Origin: a virus
IMG/VR virus record: IMGVR_UViG_3300020421_001669
Span: 32,001 to 96,000 of that record
Strand: one strand, 5' to 3'
DNA length: 64,000 nucleotides
Under the pieces are notes generated by a model. It was not told the origin of the DNA. It did not search any database and worked only from the letters and a program-made list of their open reading frames with translations. Below, in pieces: positions 13,501 through 21,552 of the stretch (within the stretch, counting starts at the first letter, position 1; each line of letters begins with the position of its first letter). The translations under genes were made by a program, and so were the position numbers.

Positions 13501-14616
13501 CTGACTTACAGTGCTGCTGTAACAAATTCTACTGGTGCAACTGCGCCTGGCGGAACTTATGTAGATGTCCAACCAGTAGATAGAAGATTTACTACAGAAG
13601 AGGCTGCTATATATTCTGCTTCCAATGAGTTCGCACTTACTGGTAGTGGTAGATATGGTAAGAAAACTTTTAGACAAAGATATACCATGTCAACGGATAC
13701 CGAAGACTTATCACCTATAATACCTCTTTATAGAAACGCGGTTATTACTAGGGCATTTGAAATTAATAATGATTCTACAGGTGAGGAAGCAAACGGTGGT
13801 GCTGCTAAATCTAAATTTATTTCCAGAAAGGTTAGACTTGATGATGGACAGGAAGCAGAAGATGTCAGACTTTCTGTTGCTTTGAAACAACCCGCTGGTT
13901 CTGAGTTCAAGGTATACTTTAAAGGTCAATCCCCAGAGGATGACGGTGATTTTTATGAAGATTTGCCTTGGACAGAAATGGAATTAGTAACTGGACAAAA
14001 TCAAGGTAATTCTGCATCGCGGAATCAGTTTATTGACTTTGACTTCCAGTTACCAAGTACTGTTCTTGACGGAAATGGTGTATTTAACTATACTACTAAG
14101 CGTGTAAACGCACTTACAATAGGAACTGCTGGTTCTGGTTATGCCAATACTAGTTCAGTGGACTTTATTGTAACTGGTGGTGGTACACCTACAAGACCTG
14201 CCGCTATTAAGGCAACTGCCTTAGCTGGTGGTGGTTTGGGAACTATTGAAATTGTAGACCCAGGCCGAGGATATAGTAGTGCTCCTACAATAACTGTGGC
14301 AAAAAACCACGCGGTAAGTACATTTATTGCAGGCGGAACATTTGTAGGTAACGGTTCAAACTTATATGAAGCTACTGTGGGTGGTACAACTGGTGCTGCT
14401 TCAGCTTCATCCGCACCAGTACATACAAGTGGTACTGCTACAGACGGTGATGTTACTTGGACTTATAGAGGAGTAAGACCTGTAGTAACTTGCACAGTTG
14501 CGGATACTACATTTGAGAGGTTTAAAACCTTCTCCACTAAATTAGTTATGCTTACATCCAATACTTCTTCTATACCAGAAGCTAAACAATTGAGGATTAT
14601 CGCCTTACAGGCGTAA
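7513..14616 (+). CDS. Large virion structural protein, VrlC/DUF4815 family
   Basis: N-terminal DLNVTPYYNDF...FKPGVAVQARELTQLQ, NFNAPGADR, RRYTMEDIGQIEQRINRLEYYLALSLLE and C-terminal LRIIAL. Confidence 0.85.
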   Translation: MAIDLNVTPYYNDFSAAKKFNRVVFKPGVAVQARELTQLQDYMLNTFKEFGDFVFKDGATVRGGFGYPVLIPFIKINDLDADSTAISNDTLANYVGDTIVGGTTGIEAVIKSVRTGTDTEAVEKKTLYLNYTKGNEKSAGTIASNVRFDAGETLTVTSTNVERNGDTFVVDNNTDINSFTKNFYGYAIDFVLEEGIIYAQGKFVSHDTQIIRLDNYNPNVNYFVGVKVNETIVSSDDDTSLLDPATGAYNFNAPGADRTKVDTVITKVPFGKNHELNKTYELGEFISNGDNIYEVTTAGTTSSSGTGPNHTTGNATDGSVVFKYFEFPEGFTALYKINKGQIEKRYDGDLTELAELGKQLAAEQRESDGDYVVEPFTIKIREHLKTVKGVTFDTSTNTNYGQGQFVNHLGKLYEVVLAGTSDSSTPPTHSSGDVLSGTVKFGARGASYRFDNDGTNFTTDSDPGDADRLSVTVSPGVAYVNGFRRQFYKNTALKVRKGTSTEIKEARDVTLGYGNFFDVKEVCGTFDIENGALCNIGYYGTIGSQTGAAAVSDGTFGTHASLGTVIGTCRVRAMKRASGNPGAATTQYRLFVYDVRIKDGKLSDARTIQFPNSTDSGFADILLEDLNGNGTKDSAVLSGTMYNKMVYHTPWNFTKTLAAAGGGSYDTQYYYTEEFNVSVAANGTFSISTSSLGSEVIFPYSVSGLTQTILDNRFYMVCKTPGITDFGDGTTISGSEGRVIRLTPSQVTAAANGQSMSFDMGAPSAGYDAYIQMEVKVVDAVPVPKSYNTGRYVTIDTNDNAGGSDGPWNLGITDVKSIEAIYIQPSSTNVYLDDADGKTNYKDDFILDNGQRDNFYGHAKLIKKLGSPVSTTAAYITVKLSHFTANYGGSNGTYFAKDSYPVDDTGATGIYTFEIPNYISNQSGQFILRDSIDFRPMVKNTAVSATTLATATNNPYRTEEFDLPSNGIQFPTPNTSFTTDVEYYLPRVDNIIIDRSGSFRVIEGISKIPAKPPIEDADSMQVAEVFVAPFPSVAPSVATKFDAPESQVRHQLKGQNRRYTMEDIGQIEQRINRLEYYLALSLLEMQAKDQQILDANGNDRFKNGIYVNSFDSDSLSDLDDPNYSASYNSSKKRLGPAFNDYQADLILNETHGTSGWTRQGSVITRPFILESGTENRYATKVRNCVGELQFNYEGEMEIFPRSDNQPSSTQDDPNPQFIGISNAQATQNAASAINASRNVVGFETSFERGLYDAATDTVDPTGYFDHNTREVTIETGSEAGAFTGDVTGTVGTNTQFNEVFGTLFEQTGAGAVSGQITGNVSGSVSLTPTMKVQHIVETSVPIIQTASSQLQHTQKFKIDDVVRDVSLLPNMRQNRIAVRVRRMKPNTRLYFYFDDQPQSNRCCPCDVERFDAHIPVWQASGARTGHSFLQTRLINTPLGVAEDPDLNYLYTGSAPADMGDPVVTDQNGDAAFVYFLPAGNGAAEGSGFDNITFPVGTRRMRVTDDLTDRYNFVTTQAETDYSAFALHQYRKSVDLTVEHHVMSTSTTKDFSGATKNVTGEHILDVGIQPGEMEISINDLKADLDVTQPSFIVHPPRFVGDPIGQTFGIGDAPNGAFVKKVRVFFRDRPGQSANVANPATDTGQGITMQIRKVVNGYPGQMIMASTFKQASEVKTTESLSITGGVDLGTNYNFAASQATDFEFDEPVYVAPNEEYAFVLLPERNDPNYNIWISKLGENKLGTTQRVTAEETNIAGMLFTSSNSRAWSAHQTEDIKFSIFYCQFTLGEGTVEFVNEDAEYITGSDYTAGRPQEGQNVHGFDVTISGGGSGYSVNDVIQLNQINTTSNNNTIAGSGVKLKVTSVSSGAVTGVEVLDTGTGFQPIRGLTPALVHPGSVGQLAVVPTGGSGANFTLKIKHGIVEQVDPRTEKIEITYDKVVADQAITDSSLYFKVGEVIGTGATELEGGLRKTEFKVASISNKVFNNFRTNTTIKDFPRAKLTYSAAVTNSTGATAPGGTYVDVQPVDRRFTTEEAAIYSASNEFALTGSGRYGKKTFRQRYTMSTDTEDLSPIIPLYRNAVITRAFEINNDSTGEEANGGAAKSKFISRKVRLDDGQEAEDVRLSVALKQPAGSEFKVYFKGQSPEDDGDFYEDLPWTEMELVTGQNQGNSASRNQFIDFDFQLPSTVLDGNGVFNYTTKRVNALTIGTAGSGYANTSSVDFIVTGGGTPTRPAAIKATALAGGGLGTIEIVDPGRGYSSAPTITVAKNHAVSTFIAGGTFVGNGSNLYEATVGGTTGAASASSAPVHTSGTATDGDVTWTYRGVRPVVTCTVADTTFERFKTFSTKLVMLTSNTSSIPEAKQLRIIALQA

Positions 14617-14626
14617 TAAATAGAGT

Positions 14627-14851
14627 ATGGAAAACAAGGTTTCAAGTTTAGAGTATAGAAGAGATGATGAATCTGGTGCATTATTAAATGTTGACCATAA
14701 TTCATTGGCTGCATACAAAAGGAGGAAACATCTTGCTAACCAAAAAACAGTTCAGATTAATGAAATGTCAAATGATATAAATAGTCTAAAGCAAGATTTC
14801 CAAGAAATCAAAAGCATTTTAATGCAACTTGTTAATAACATTGATAAATAA
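14627..14851 (+). CDS. Conserved small protein downstream of the VrlC-like gene
   Basis: RDDESGALLN plus a C-terminal coiled coil; syntenic in T4-like marine phages. Confidence 0.7.
   Translation: MENKVSSLEYRRDDESGALLNVDHNSLAAYKRRKHLANQKTVQINEMSNDINSLKQDFQEIKSILMQLVNNIDK
14776..14783 (+). promoter_or_regulatory. Late promoter TATAAATA
   Basis: Exact consensus about 85 nt before 14868. Confidence 0.7.
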
Positions 14852-14867
14852 AAGATAGGGAAGAGAC

Positions 14868-15713
14868 ATGTCAACTATAACACTAAGAGCATCTAAGGGT
14901 TCACCCCTCACTAATACTGAGGTGGATACTAACTTTAGTAACCTCAACAACGACAAGTATGAGTCGGGTAATAATGTGTCAGTTGGTACTCTTACTGCTA
15001 GTGGCAATGTTACTTTCGGCATCGCTGCCACTGTATCTGCTGCTGGAAGTACACAGGGTACTGCTACTGCATTAACCAAAACATACAACATTGTATCTAC
15101 TGCATCTGCGAACCAAGGTATTATTTTACCTTCTGCAGCTGCTGGTCTGGTAATCAACATATATAACATTAGTGGCAATACTATTAAAGTATATCCCGCT
15201 TCTACAGAAACCATCGATGGTGGTTCTGCAAACGCACCAGTTGAAGTAGTAACTGCAAACGGTGCTGAGTTAGTTGGTGTTAGTACTGGTGGTTGGAGAC
15301 AAGTTGGTTCTGGCGGTAGTAATTTAGCTTCAATAACAGTAAACGATTCCGCAGAACTATTGGGAGACTTGAAGTATGGAATTAATGCTTCACTTTCAAC
15401 TTCTGGTTCTGGACAAGGTGATGCAACTGCAATAACTGAAACAATCAATGTGGTTGGTACAGTTGGTGGTAGTTCAGAGGGTGTGGTTTTACCAACCGCA
15501 GCTGCTGGATTACATGTAGTTGTTGCTAATATCACTACGACTGATTGCAAATTGTATCCCGCTACATCGGATACTATTGAAAGTGGTTCCGCAAACGCAG
15601 CTGTAACACTGCCCGCGAAAACTACATTTACTTTAACATGTCAAGACGCGACCAATTGGGTGAAACATAGAGGACTTGCAGTCTACAATTCATCTGGTTC
15701 GTTGCTAAACTAA
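14868..15713 (+). CDS. Tail fibre-like virion protein with an internal two-fold repeat
   Basis: N-terminal ITLRASKGSPLTNTEVDTNF fibre-attachment-like motif and two copies of a G..QG.ATA.T...LP.AAAGL...YPA...TI..GSANA unit. Confidence 0.65.
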   Translation: MSTITLRASKGSPLTNTEVDTNFSNLNNDKYESGNNVSVGTLTASGNVTFGIAATVSAAGSTQGTATALTKTYNIVSTASANQGIILPSAAAGLVINIYNISGNTIKVYPASTETIDGGSANAPVEVVTANGAELVGVSTGGWRQVGSGGSNLASITVNDSAELLGDLKYGINASLSTSGSGQGDATAITETINVVGTVGGSSEGVVLPTAAAGLHVVVANITTTDCKLYPATSDTIESGSANAAVTLPAKTTFTLTCQDATNWVKHRGLAVYNSSGSLLN

Positions 15714-15724
15714 GGAGAAATTGA

Positions 15725-16699
15725 ATGGCAGGGCCAGTTACACTTAAAGCAGGGTCATATCCGGCGCCCGTTGGGGGATTACAAGGTCTCAGAGAATTAT
15801 CAGCCACTGAGATTAAAGACCAAGTAGCCGGCGTGCTTACTTTGAAATTTGCCGCTGACACGGATGGTTCTGGGACAGGAGAACTAAATGTTGTTACTGG
15901 TGGTTCTGCTGGTAGTGATGAAATCGGAACATTTACAAACAGAGAGAGAACTGAATCTGTAGGTGACCACCCTGCTGGTGGTGGAACTACGGATACTATC
16001 TACCGATTTAATCAACCAGTTGCTGCTGTAAGTGAGTCTGGACAAATTAATCCTATGCGATGGACAGGAACAGCTTTAGAACAATCAACAGATACAGAAT
16101 TAGACACTGAAGTATTAGATTTAGTTTTAACTGCAATGGCTGCTGAAGACGCAAATACAGTCGGACAATATAAAATTGGAACATCTTCACCTTCTGGTGG
16201 AACATGGACTTCAAGATATACTATTACAGAGACACAAGTTGACGGAACAGATGTAAACTACTACCTCTATCAAAAAACTGCACCAACTACAGATGCTGGA
16301 ACAGACCAAAATTTACTTTTAAAACTTGGTGACGAAGGTCAACCAAACGAAATGTCAACTGCAAACTTACAAACATTAGTGCCTGCAATGAGAAACAGAA
16401 TTGTTTCTAGTGGAGTAGGAACTTATCTACTTCAAACAGGTTCACCATCTGCTACTGGAACATGGGTACAGATGGGGTCAACGATGACTGACCAATTAAA
16501 AGACATCTCATCACAGAACTATGCTGGAGACTACACAGGGTCATACACTGGGTACTATGACCGATTCTTTGCTGGATTCTTAAATGGTGCATACGCTGGT
16601 TCATATTCTGGTACATATACTGGATATTATGCTGGTAACACTGTACAATCAACAAGTTCCACGCAAGAAACAAAACAGCTGTTTATTAGAACCGCTTAA
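15725..16699 (+). CDS. Putative virion protein with C-terminal YxG repeats
   Basis: AAGGAG RBS; Thr/Gly-rich; NYAGDYTGSYTGYY...YAGSYSGTYTGYYAG tract. Confidence 0.6.
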   Translation: MAGPVTLKAGSYPAPVGGLQGLRELSATEIKDQVAGVLTLKFAADTDGSGTGELNVVTGGSAGSDEIGTFTNRERTESVGDHPAGGGTTDTIYRFNQPVAAVSESGQINPMRWTGTALEQSTDTELDTEVLDLVLTAMAAEDANTVGQYKIGTSSPSGGTWTSRYTITETQVDGTDVNYYLYQKTAPTTDAGTDQNLLLKLGDEGQPNEMSTANLQTLVPAMRNRIVSSGVGTYLLQTGSPSATGTWVQMGSTMTDQLKDISSQNYAGDYTGSYTGYYDRFFAGFLNGAYAGSYSGTYTGYYAGNTVQSTSSTQETKQLFIRTA

Positions 16700-16702
16700 G
16701 AC

Positions 16703-16745
16703 TTGACATATATAGTGGGGTAGGTGTATAATAAACCTACCCATT
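16703..16745 (+). promoter_or_regulatory. sigma70-type promoter TTGACA-18-TATAAT with the -10 inside an inverted repeat
   Basis: TTGACA 16703-16708 and TATAAT 16727-16732; arms GGGTAGGT (16718-16725) and ACCTACCC (16735-16742). Confidence 0.75.
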
Positions 16746-16763
16746 TAATCATGAGGAAATATT

Positions 16764-17276
16764 ATGACCGAAGAAAAGGCGAAATATCGCAACCCCCGAT
16801 GGATAGATAAAGAAAACCGATCGCTATTCTGCGAGATTTTGGTTGGGCAAAATTATCGTCCAGCACAAATTAATGTTGGTAATATCAAAGAAGGTCTTGT
16901 TAACGAAGACTTTAATGCCGTCATGGAAATCTTCACCGAAGAAGACATCGATGCAAACACAGAAGCACATAAGAATGTTGTCATTGAACAGGAAGAGAAA
17001 GACGCAGAACAACGCGAGGTTCATAGAAATAGAGTAATGCAAGAAGCATTGTTCAATATGAAACTAGAAGCTTTTGAAATTCCTGCCATCAAAAACTCAG
17101 ATGATAAACGAATCAAAAAACTAATTCGTAAAGCAAAAACTCAATTAGAAGTACAGGCATGGGTAACTACATTACTTCAAATGGAAGCATTGTATCAAGT
17201 TCCCAACATGTTTAAGCCAGATGGTACACATCCAGAGTTTGCTCCAGATATACCAGAACCCCCAACGGAACCGTAA
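16764..17276 (+). CDS. Hypothetical protein; N-terminus weakly resembles tail-fibre assembly chaperones
   Basis: GAGG RBS; YRNPRWIDKENRSLFCEI motif; first gene of the GT island. Confidence 0.55.
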   Translation: MTEEKAKYRNPRWIDKENRSLFCEILVGQNYRPAQINVGNIKEGLVNEDFNAVMEIFTEEDIDANTEAHKNVVIEQEEKDAEQREVHRNRVMQEALFNMKLEAFEIPAIKNSDDKRIKKLIRKAKTQLEVQAWVTTLLQMEALYQVPNMFKPDGTHPEFAPDIPEPPTEP

Positions 17277-17980
17277 TGAACGGATATCTTTATGTCGCAT
17301 CTCGTGATGAAAGATATCTAAAAGCTGCTGTCCAATCTGCTGAATCATTATTAGATTTTCATCCCAATGCAAAGATAACACTCTTCACAGAAGAAAGGTG
17401 GGATGGAACATACGACAGAAAACTTTTTGATAATATCATTTATTGTGATGACCATGTGAGAGCAAAACTATGGGCGTTATCCAGAACTCCATATGATAAA
17501 ACAATGTATATAGATTGTGACACCTATATTCAACACGAAGATATAAAAAAGGTCTTTACTTTACTAGGAAAAGATGATATAATATTCACGCGGAATAGAC
17601 CCTACAATGCAAAAATAACTAAACTAAGCGATACTGAAGAGATGATATATCATTGTGGTATCTTTGCATATAAGAAGAAACCTATTGTGATGGATTTAAT
17701 GATGGATTGGTTTCAGCAATACTGTGACCAGATTAGACCAGAATATGACCCCTCACCATATCCAAGGGAAGTATGTAAGTGGGATACATTTAGTATGTGG
17801 TATCTCTTAGAGAAAAAATACAAGGATAAAATTAAAGTTGGAGACTTCCCATGGCCAGATGCTAGATGGAACTTCTGCATGGGACAACGACCAGAAGAGT
17901 TGGCGGGGATGCCGATTATTATAACACATTATACTTTGAATAGAGTATACAAAGAACAGGAATCATTTCAGTTAAGATGA
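17276..17980 (+). CDS. GT-A fold glycosyltransferase (GT8-like)
   Basis: RAKLWALSRTPYDKTMYIDCD (DxD motif), HCGIFAY and a C-terminal ITHYT. Confidence 0.75.
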   Translation: MNGYLYVASRDERYLKAAVQSAESLLDFHPNAKITLFTEERWDGTYDRKLFDNIIYCDDHVRAKLWALSRTPYDKTMYIDCDTYIQHEDIKKVFTLLGKDDIIFTRNRPYNAKITKLSDTEEMIYHCGIFAYKKKPIVMDLMMDWFQQYCDQIRPEYDPSPYPREVCKWDTFSMWYLLEKKYKDKIKVGDFPWPDARWNFCMGQRPEELAGMPIIITHYTLNRVYKEQESFQLR

Positions 17981-18603
17981 AAACTATAGAATTGAAAAAT
18001 CCAGATGTTTTAGACATCCTTGACAGGTGGATGGATTTTTATAATAACAATGTAAAAGAACCTTTACCAATGGATGAAAGAAGGTTTGGTAACAGGGATA
18101 TGGATTACTATTGTTCAGAAGAGTATCTTAGAGAAGTTCAAGCAAAAGGTGAAGACCACAAAGGCCCACCAGAGTATGCGAAGGTATGTGATTTCCACTT
18201 GACACACGGAGTTGATAAAGAACTTAGAAGAGAGTCCTTGAAGACTTGTGCTGAATTATCCGCGTGGTTGTGTGCTAAATTTAATGCGGTACATGTTTAC
18301 TATCCAGCTGGTGGTTTCATGTCGTGGCATAATAACTGGGATTGTCCCGGCTACAATATTTTATTATCACATAGTGATGGTTGTGGATTCTTTAAACACT
18401 TAGATGAAGATGGAAATGTTGTGACTATCCATGACCCAATTGGTTGGAACTGTAAGATAGGATATTATGGTGGTAAAGATGAACAACCATATTGGCATAC
18501 CGCTGGGAGTCGAGGCCCAAGACAAACATTTGGTTTCGTTGTTCCAGATAAAGATTTGTGGCAAGATATGGTTGAAGATATCTCTACTATAGATGTAGTC
18601 TAA
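17977..18603 (+). CDS. Putative 2OG-Fe(II) oxygenase / cupin-fold protein
   Basis: YPAGGFMSWHNNWD ... YWHTAGS..PRQTFGF: two His and a distal Arg pattern of double-stranded beta-helix oxygenases. Confidence 0.6.
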   Translation: MKTIELKNPDVLDILDRWMDFYNNNVKEPLPMDERRFGNRDMDYYCSEEYLREVQAKGEDHKGPPEYAKVCDFHLTHGVDKELRRESLKTCAELSAWLCAKFNAVHVYYPAGGFMSWHNNWDCPGYNILLSHSDGCGFFKHLDEDGNVVTIHDPIGWNCKIGYYGGKDEQPYWHTAGSRGPRQTFGFVVPDKDLWQDMVEDISTIDVV

Positions 18604-19283
18604 AAGAATCCTTCCCTTTGTCCTATGACCATGAATCGGTCAAACTCTTTCTTACCATCCCAAGAATAATATATTTGTTGTTTGGTTCCCTCATATCCAC
18701 ACTCTTCTATTCCTATTTGTTCTTTTAGTGCCTCTATTGAGTTCACACAATTGATACCATACATCTCTTCAACTACATTTGAGTTTTGCATCGCGTAGAC
18801 GGCATTAGGATTCTTACCCACTAGTTCTGTTAGAGGATACATTTGTTCGGTGTGAATACAGATTACTACATCAACATCAATCTTGTTTAGATTCTCAAAC
18901 TCAAATGGTATGTCCAGATTCCAATGACGAATGTTTACAAATTTTTCTTGGGCGTAATACTTGTGAAATGATTTAGAAAGATTGATACTCTCTTCATCCA
19001 TGTCCACCAAATGAATCTGAGAGACATCTAGGTTCTCACATAAAAGTGGAACCATAGGAAGACCTAACCAAGAATTAAGAATTAATATTCTAAGGTTACC
19101 TTGTTTGGTATAATATTCTTCCAAGTATTCTTTTAGTTCTTCAACCAACCAGATTGAAGCATCCATATTATTTTCCTGTAGAGATTGCCTAAAATCTACA
19201 AGTTTGTGAGGCATTTTGTTTTCTATAACATGTAGCGCCTCACCCCAGTATTTAAAGTTATTTAAAAAATTAAAATTTAACAT
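18600..19283 (-). CDS. Class I SAM-dependent methyltransferase-like protein (possibly degenerate)
   Basis: ILILNSWLG motif I variant, IHLVDMD motif II, VVICIHTEQM, QNSN and C-terminal RFMVIG. Start placed at ATG 19283. Confidence 0.6.
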   Translation of the reverse strand: MLNFNFLNNFKYWGEALHVIENKMPHKLVDFRQSLQENNMDASIWLVEELKEYLEEYYTKQGNLRILILNSWLGLPMVPLLCENLDVSQIHLVDMDEESINLSKSFHKYYAQEKFVNIRHWNLDIPFEFENLNKIDVDVVICIHTEQMYPLTELVGKNPNAVYAMQNSNVVEEMYGINCVNSIEALKEQIGIEECGYEGTKQQIYYSWDGKKEFDRFMVIGQREGFF

Positions 19284-19944
19284 CTTCACCTTTTCCCATT
19301 GAGTCAAAAATACAAACATAAGGTAGTTCGCGGTATGTATGTTTATCTATATCGTGTGGGAAGATATAGCCTTGGTTAAAACTATATACCCAACCTATAG
19401 GAAACAATTTGATTTTGGTTATTCTTCTGTTATAAAAGAAGTTATCAAGACCACGATAGTACCATAGTATTTGTTTCTGATATTTATTAAAATATTCTGT
19501 AATCTCTTCTGTGTTTAAGTTATCATTCCACCTCAGAACCGAAGAGTTTAGATCTGTATATTTATGTGGAATGTGTCTAGTGTTTTTAAATTGAGTTTCT
19601 AAATCGTGCCAGTATGTCTTTACAAAACAAAGACAGTCTTCTGGGTCATAGTCTGCGATGGAACTTATATCTTTCTGAATGATAGTATCAATATCAAAGA
19701 ACATCTTTTCACCCTTCTGTGTAACAATAGTTTCATCGAAGAGATACATTTTATTCCACCACTTTACTAACTTGTTTCCGCCCGGCAATGCGAGTGGCGT
19801 AATGTTCTCATCTAGTCCCTTTGGATTTTCTGTTAAGCAATAGAAACTAAAATCTTGTGGGAGATATTGTAGACAAGCCTCATAGATATTATTTACATGT
19901 TGGTGGTTGTATTTGTCACCCCACTTTACTGTGTAGATATTCAA
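19270..19944 (-). CDS. GT-A glycosyltransferase (KWGxKY family)
   Basis: VKWGDKY, WWNKMYLF, FFDID and NSSVLRW; TTG start overlaps the upstream TGA. Confidence 0.8.
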   Translation of the reverse strand: MNIYTVKWGDKYNHQHVNNIYEACLQYLPQDFSFYCLTENPKGLDENITPLALPGGNKLVKWWNKMYLFDETIVTQKGEKMFFDIDTIIQKDISSIADYDPEDCLCFVKTYWHDLETQFKNTRHIPHKYTDLNSSVLRWNDNLNTEEITEYFNKYQKQILWYYRGLDNFFYNRRITKIKLFPIGWVYSFNQGYIFPHDIDKHTYRELPYVCIFDSMGKGEDVKF

Positions 19945-20573
19945 AATGGTTCCCTCACATAAACTACATTACCAGACGCGGTAATTCTTTCTTCATCTGA
20001 AGTGTAAAAAGGATAAACCATATGTGGTAGTTTCGCATCAAACAAAATCATCTTTCCTTCAAATCCTTTATCAACTGGTATCGCTACTTCTTCTGGGACA
20101 CCCATTGGAGAGTTCATCACAAAACAAAGTCTTGATGTTTTAGGGTCTTTCTTTTCTGGAAAGAATTTGTCTTCCTCCTCTAAATCATATGGTACATTTA
20201 TAAAGATAACAAATGAAAACAATCCGCCATGATTATGCATGGGATTGAATTCATGTTTCTTCTGATAGTTTATCCACACACTTTCTAATCCTATTGGAAG
20301 TAGAGGGTGACTAGTATCTTTTTGCACTTTCATATAGTGTTCTATTTCTGGTCTGTAGAAGTTATTCATGATATCTACTTTTACAGATGAAGGCATGTCT
20401 TCTATTCTTATTTGCCTTTCCAGATGCCCTGCTAAATTATAATTGTTTGAAGTATTACCAACAAAGTTTCTATAATACTCCAAGGTTTCGGGACTCACCT
20501 CACCTGTCCATATGCAGTTATGTTTTGATATTAGTTCTTCTGCTATGAACCAGTTGGGACTCATCATTGCCAT
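19941..20573 (-). CDS. 2OG-Fe(II) oxygenase (phage TIGR02466-like)
   Basis: WINYQKKHEFNPMHNH, LPHMVYPF and ERITASGN. Start placed at ATG 20573. Confidence 0.8.
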   Translation of the reverse strand: MAMMSPNWFIAEELISKHNCIWTGEVSPETLEYYRNFVGNTSNNYNLAGHLERQIRIEDMPSSVKVDIMNNFYRPEIEHYMKVQKDTSHPLLPIGLESVWINYQKKHEFNPMHNHGGLFSFVIFINVPYDLEEEDKFFPEKKDPKTSRLCFVMNSPMGVPEEVAIPVDKGFEGKMILFDAKLPHMVYPFYTSDEERITASGNVVYVREPF

Positions 20574-20578
20574 GTATC

Positions 20579-20737
20579 CTACCAATGTCTTAATACTCCC
20601 GATATAATAAAGAAACAGGTGAAGAAGTTTACCAAGACAACTACGGTTCTCATTATTGCAACCATATCAGCCTCGTGTGAATCATCCGATGCCTTTTCCC
20701 CTAAAGACATGCACCATAGTTTCCAAAGTTTTTTCAT
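20579..20737 (-). CDS. Small conserved phage membrane protein, 52 aa (not in ORF track)
   Basis: GGAGG RBS; MKKLWKLWCMSLGEKASDDSHEADMVAIMRTVVVLVNFFTCFFIISGVLRHW; exactly fills the gap. Confidence 0.75.
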   Translation of the reverse strand: MKKLWKLWCMSLGEKASDDSHEADMVAIMRTVVVLVNFFTCFFIISGVLRHW

Positions 20738-20739
20738 TC

Positions 20740-21552
20740 CTACCTCCAATGTTCTAATAGTTTGGGGTCTGCAAGTTCGTCTTGTTTAGTATGTCCTCTA
20801 CTTTCATCCTCAAACGGTAATAAATCTACATTAAATACACACAAAATACAATTGGGTCTGTATATACCCACATTCAAATCATCTTCATCCCATGACCTAC
20901 CTCTATTATATGAATATGCCATATGTGATGGAAAGTAATCCCATAGTTTAGCACCATACTCACCCCATCTCCATGAGTGATAGTTATCTGTTCCGTCTGT
21001 ATATGTGAACCATATCTTTTCTTGATTCTCTAATACATCTTCCCATATAGGTTCACATTGGTCATCACTCCATACTTGACAACTTCCATTCGTGTACGCG
21101 CCATGTGCTAGTTTAAATTGTCTAGTCTGCATGGGTTTCGGGTCTTGCCACCAAGACCGCATTTTAGTTGGTTGTTCTGTGTTGTAAGTTAGAAGTGGTG
21201 TAATATCATTCTGGATAATTACATCCAAATCAAAGAAGATGAAGCGTCCTGTCGGCTTATCTGGGCCGAAATTGTGAGTATTAAAAACGAAAGTTTTAGG
21301 CCTGTCCCAACAGCGAGCCATGCCGTACTTAAACTCGTCAGCGCCGAACCAGTATTTAGGATGGATGGTAGGGATATCGGGAAATGGTATAACCTTAATA
21401 TCTGGTAATAGTCCCTTATCATTGTCGGTATAACAGTAGAAATGAAAATCCATTGTCGAAGGTGTATTGCGCTTAGACATGTTATAAAGACGGTTAACAA
21501 AGTGCGGGCCATATTTTTCTCCCCATTTACTACAAACTACATTAACTCGCAT
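20740..21552 (-). CDS. GT-A glycosyltransferase (KWGxKY family)
   Basis: CSKWGEKY, CYTDN, CWDRPK, FFDLDVII and YSYNRG. Confidence 0.8.
   Translation of the reverse strand: MRVNVVCSKWGEKYGPHFVNRLYNMSKRNTPSTMDFHFYCYTDNDKGLLPDIKVIPFPDIPTIHPKYWFGADEFKYGMARCWDRPKTFVFNTHNFGPDKPTGRFIFFDLDVIIQNDITPLLTYNTEQPTKMRSWWQDPKPMQTRQFKLAHGAYTNGSCQVWSDDQCEPIWEDVLENQEKIWFTYTDGTDNYHSWRWGEYGAKLWDYFPSHMAYSYNRGRSWDEDDLNVGIYRPNCILCVFNVDLLPFEDESRGHTKQDELADPKLLEHWR

Noticed and set aside
7513-14616. 'VrlC virulence protein' interpretation
   Set aside because: The name is historical; context shows a virion structural protein.
838-15861. Numerous minus-strand ORFs of 60-243 aa opposite the structural genes (e.g. 14819-15550, 3257-3736, 4835-5224)
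   Set aside because: Antisense shadows of Gly/Thr/Ala-rich coding frames; no RBS, no motifs, fully overlapped by well-supported genes.
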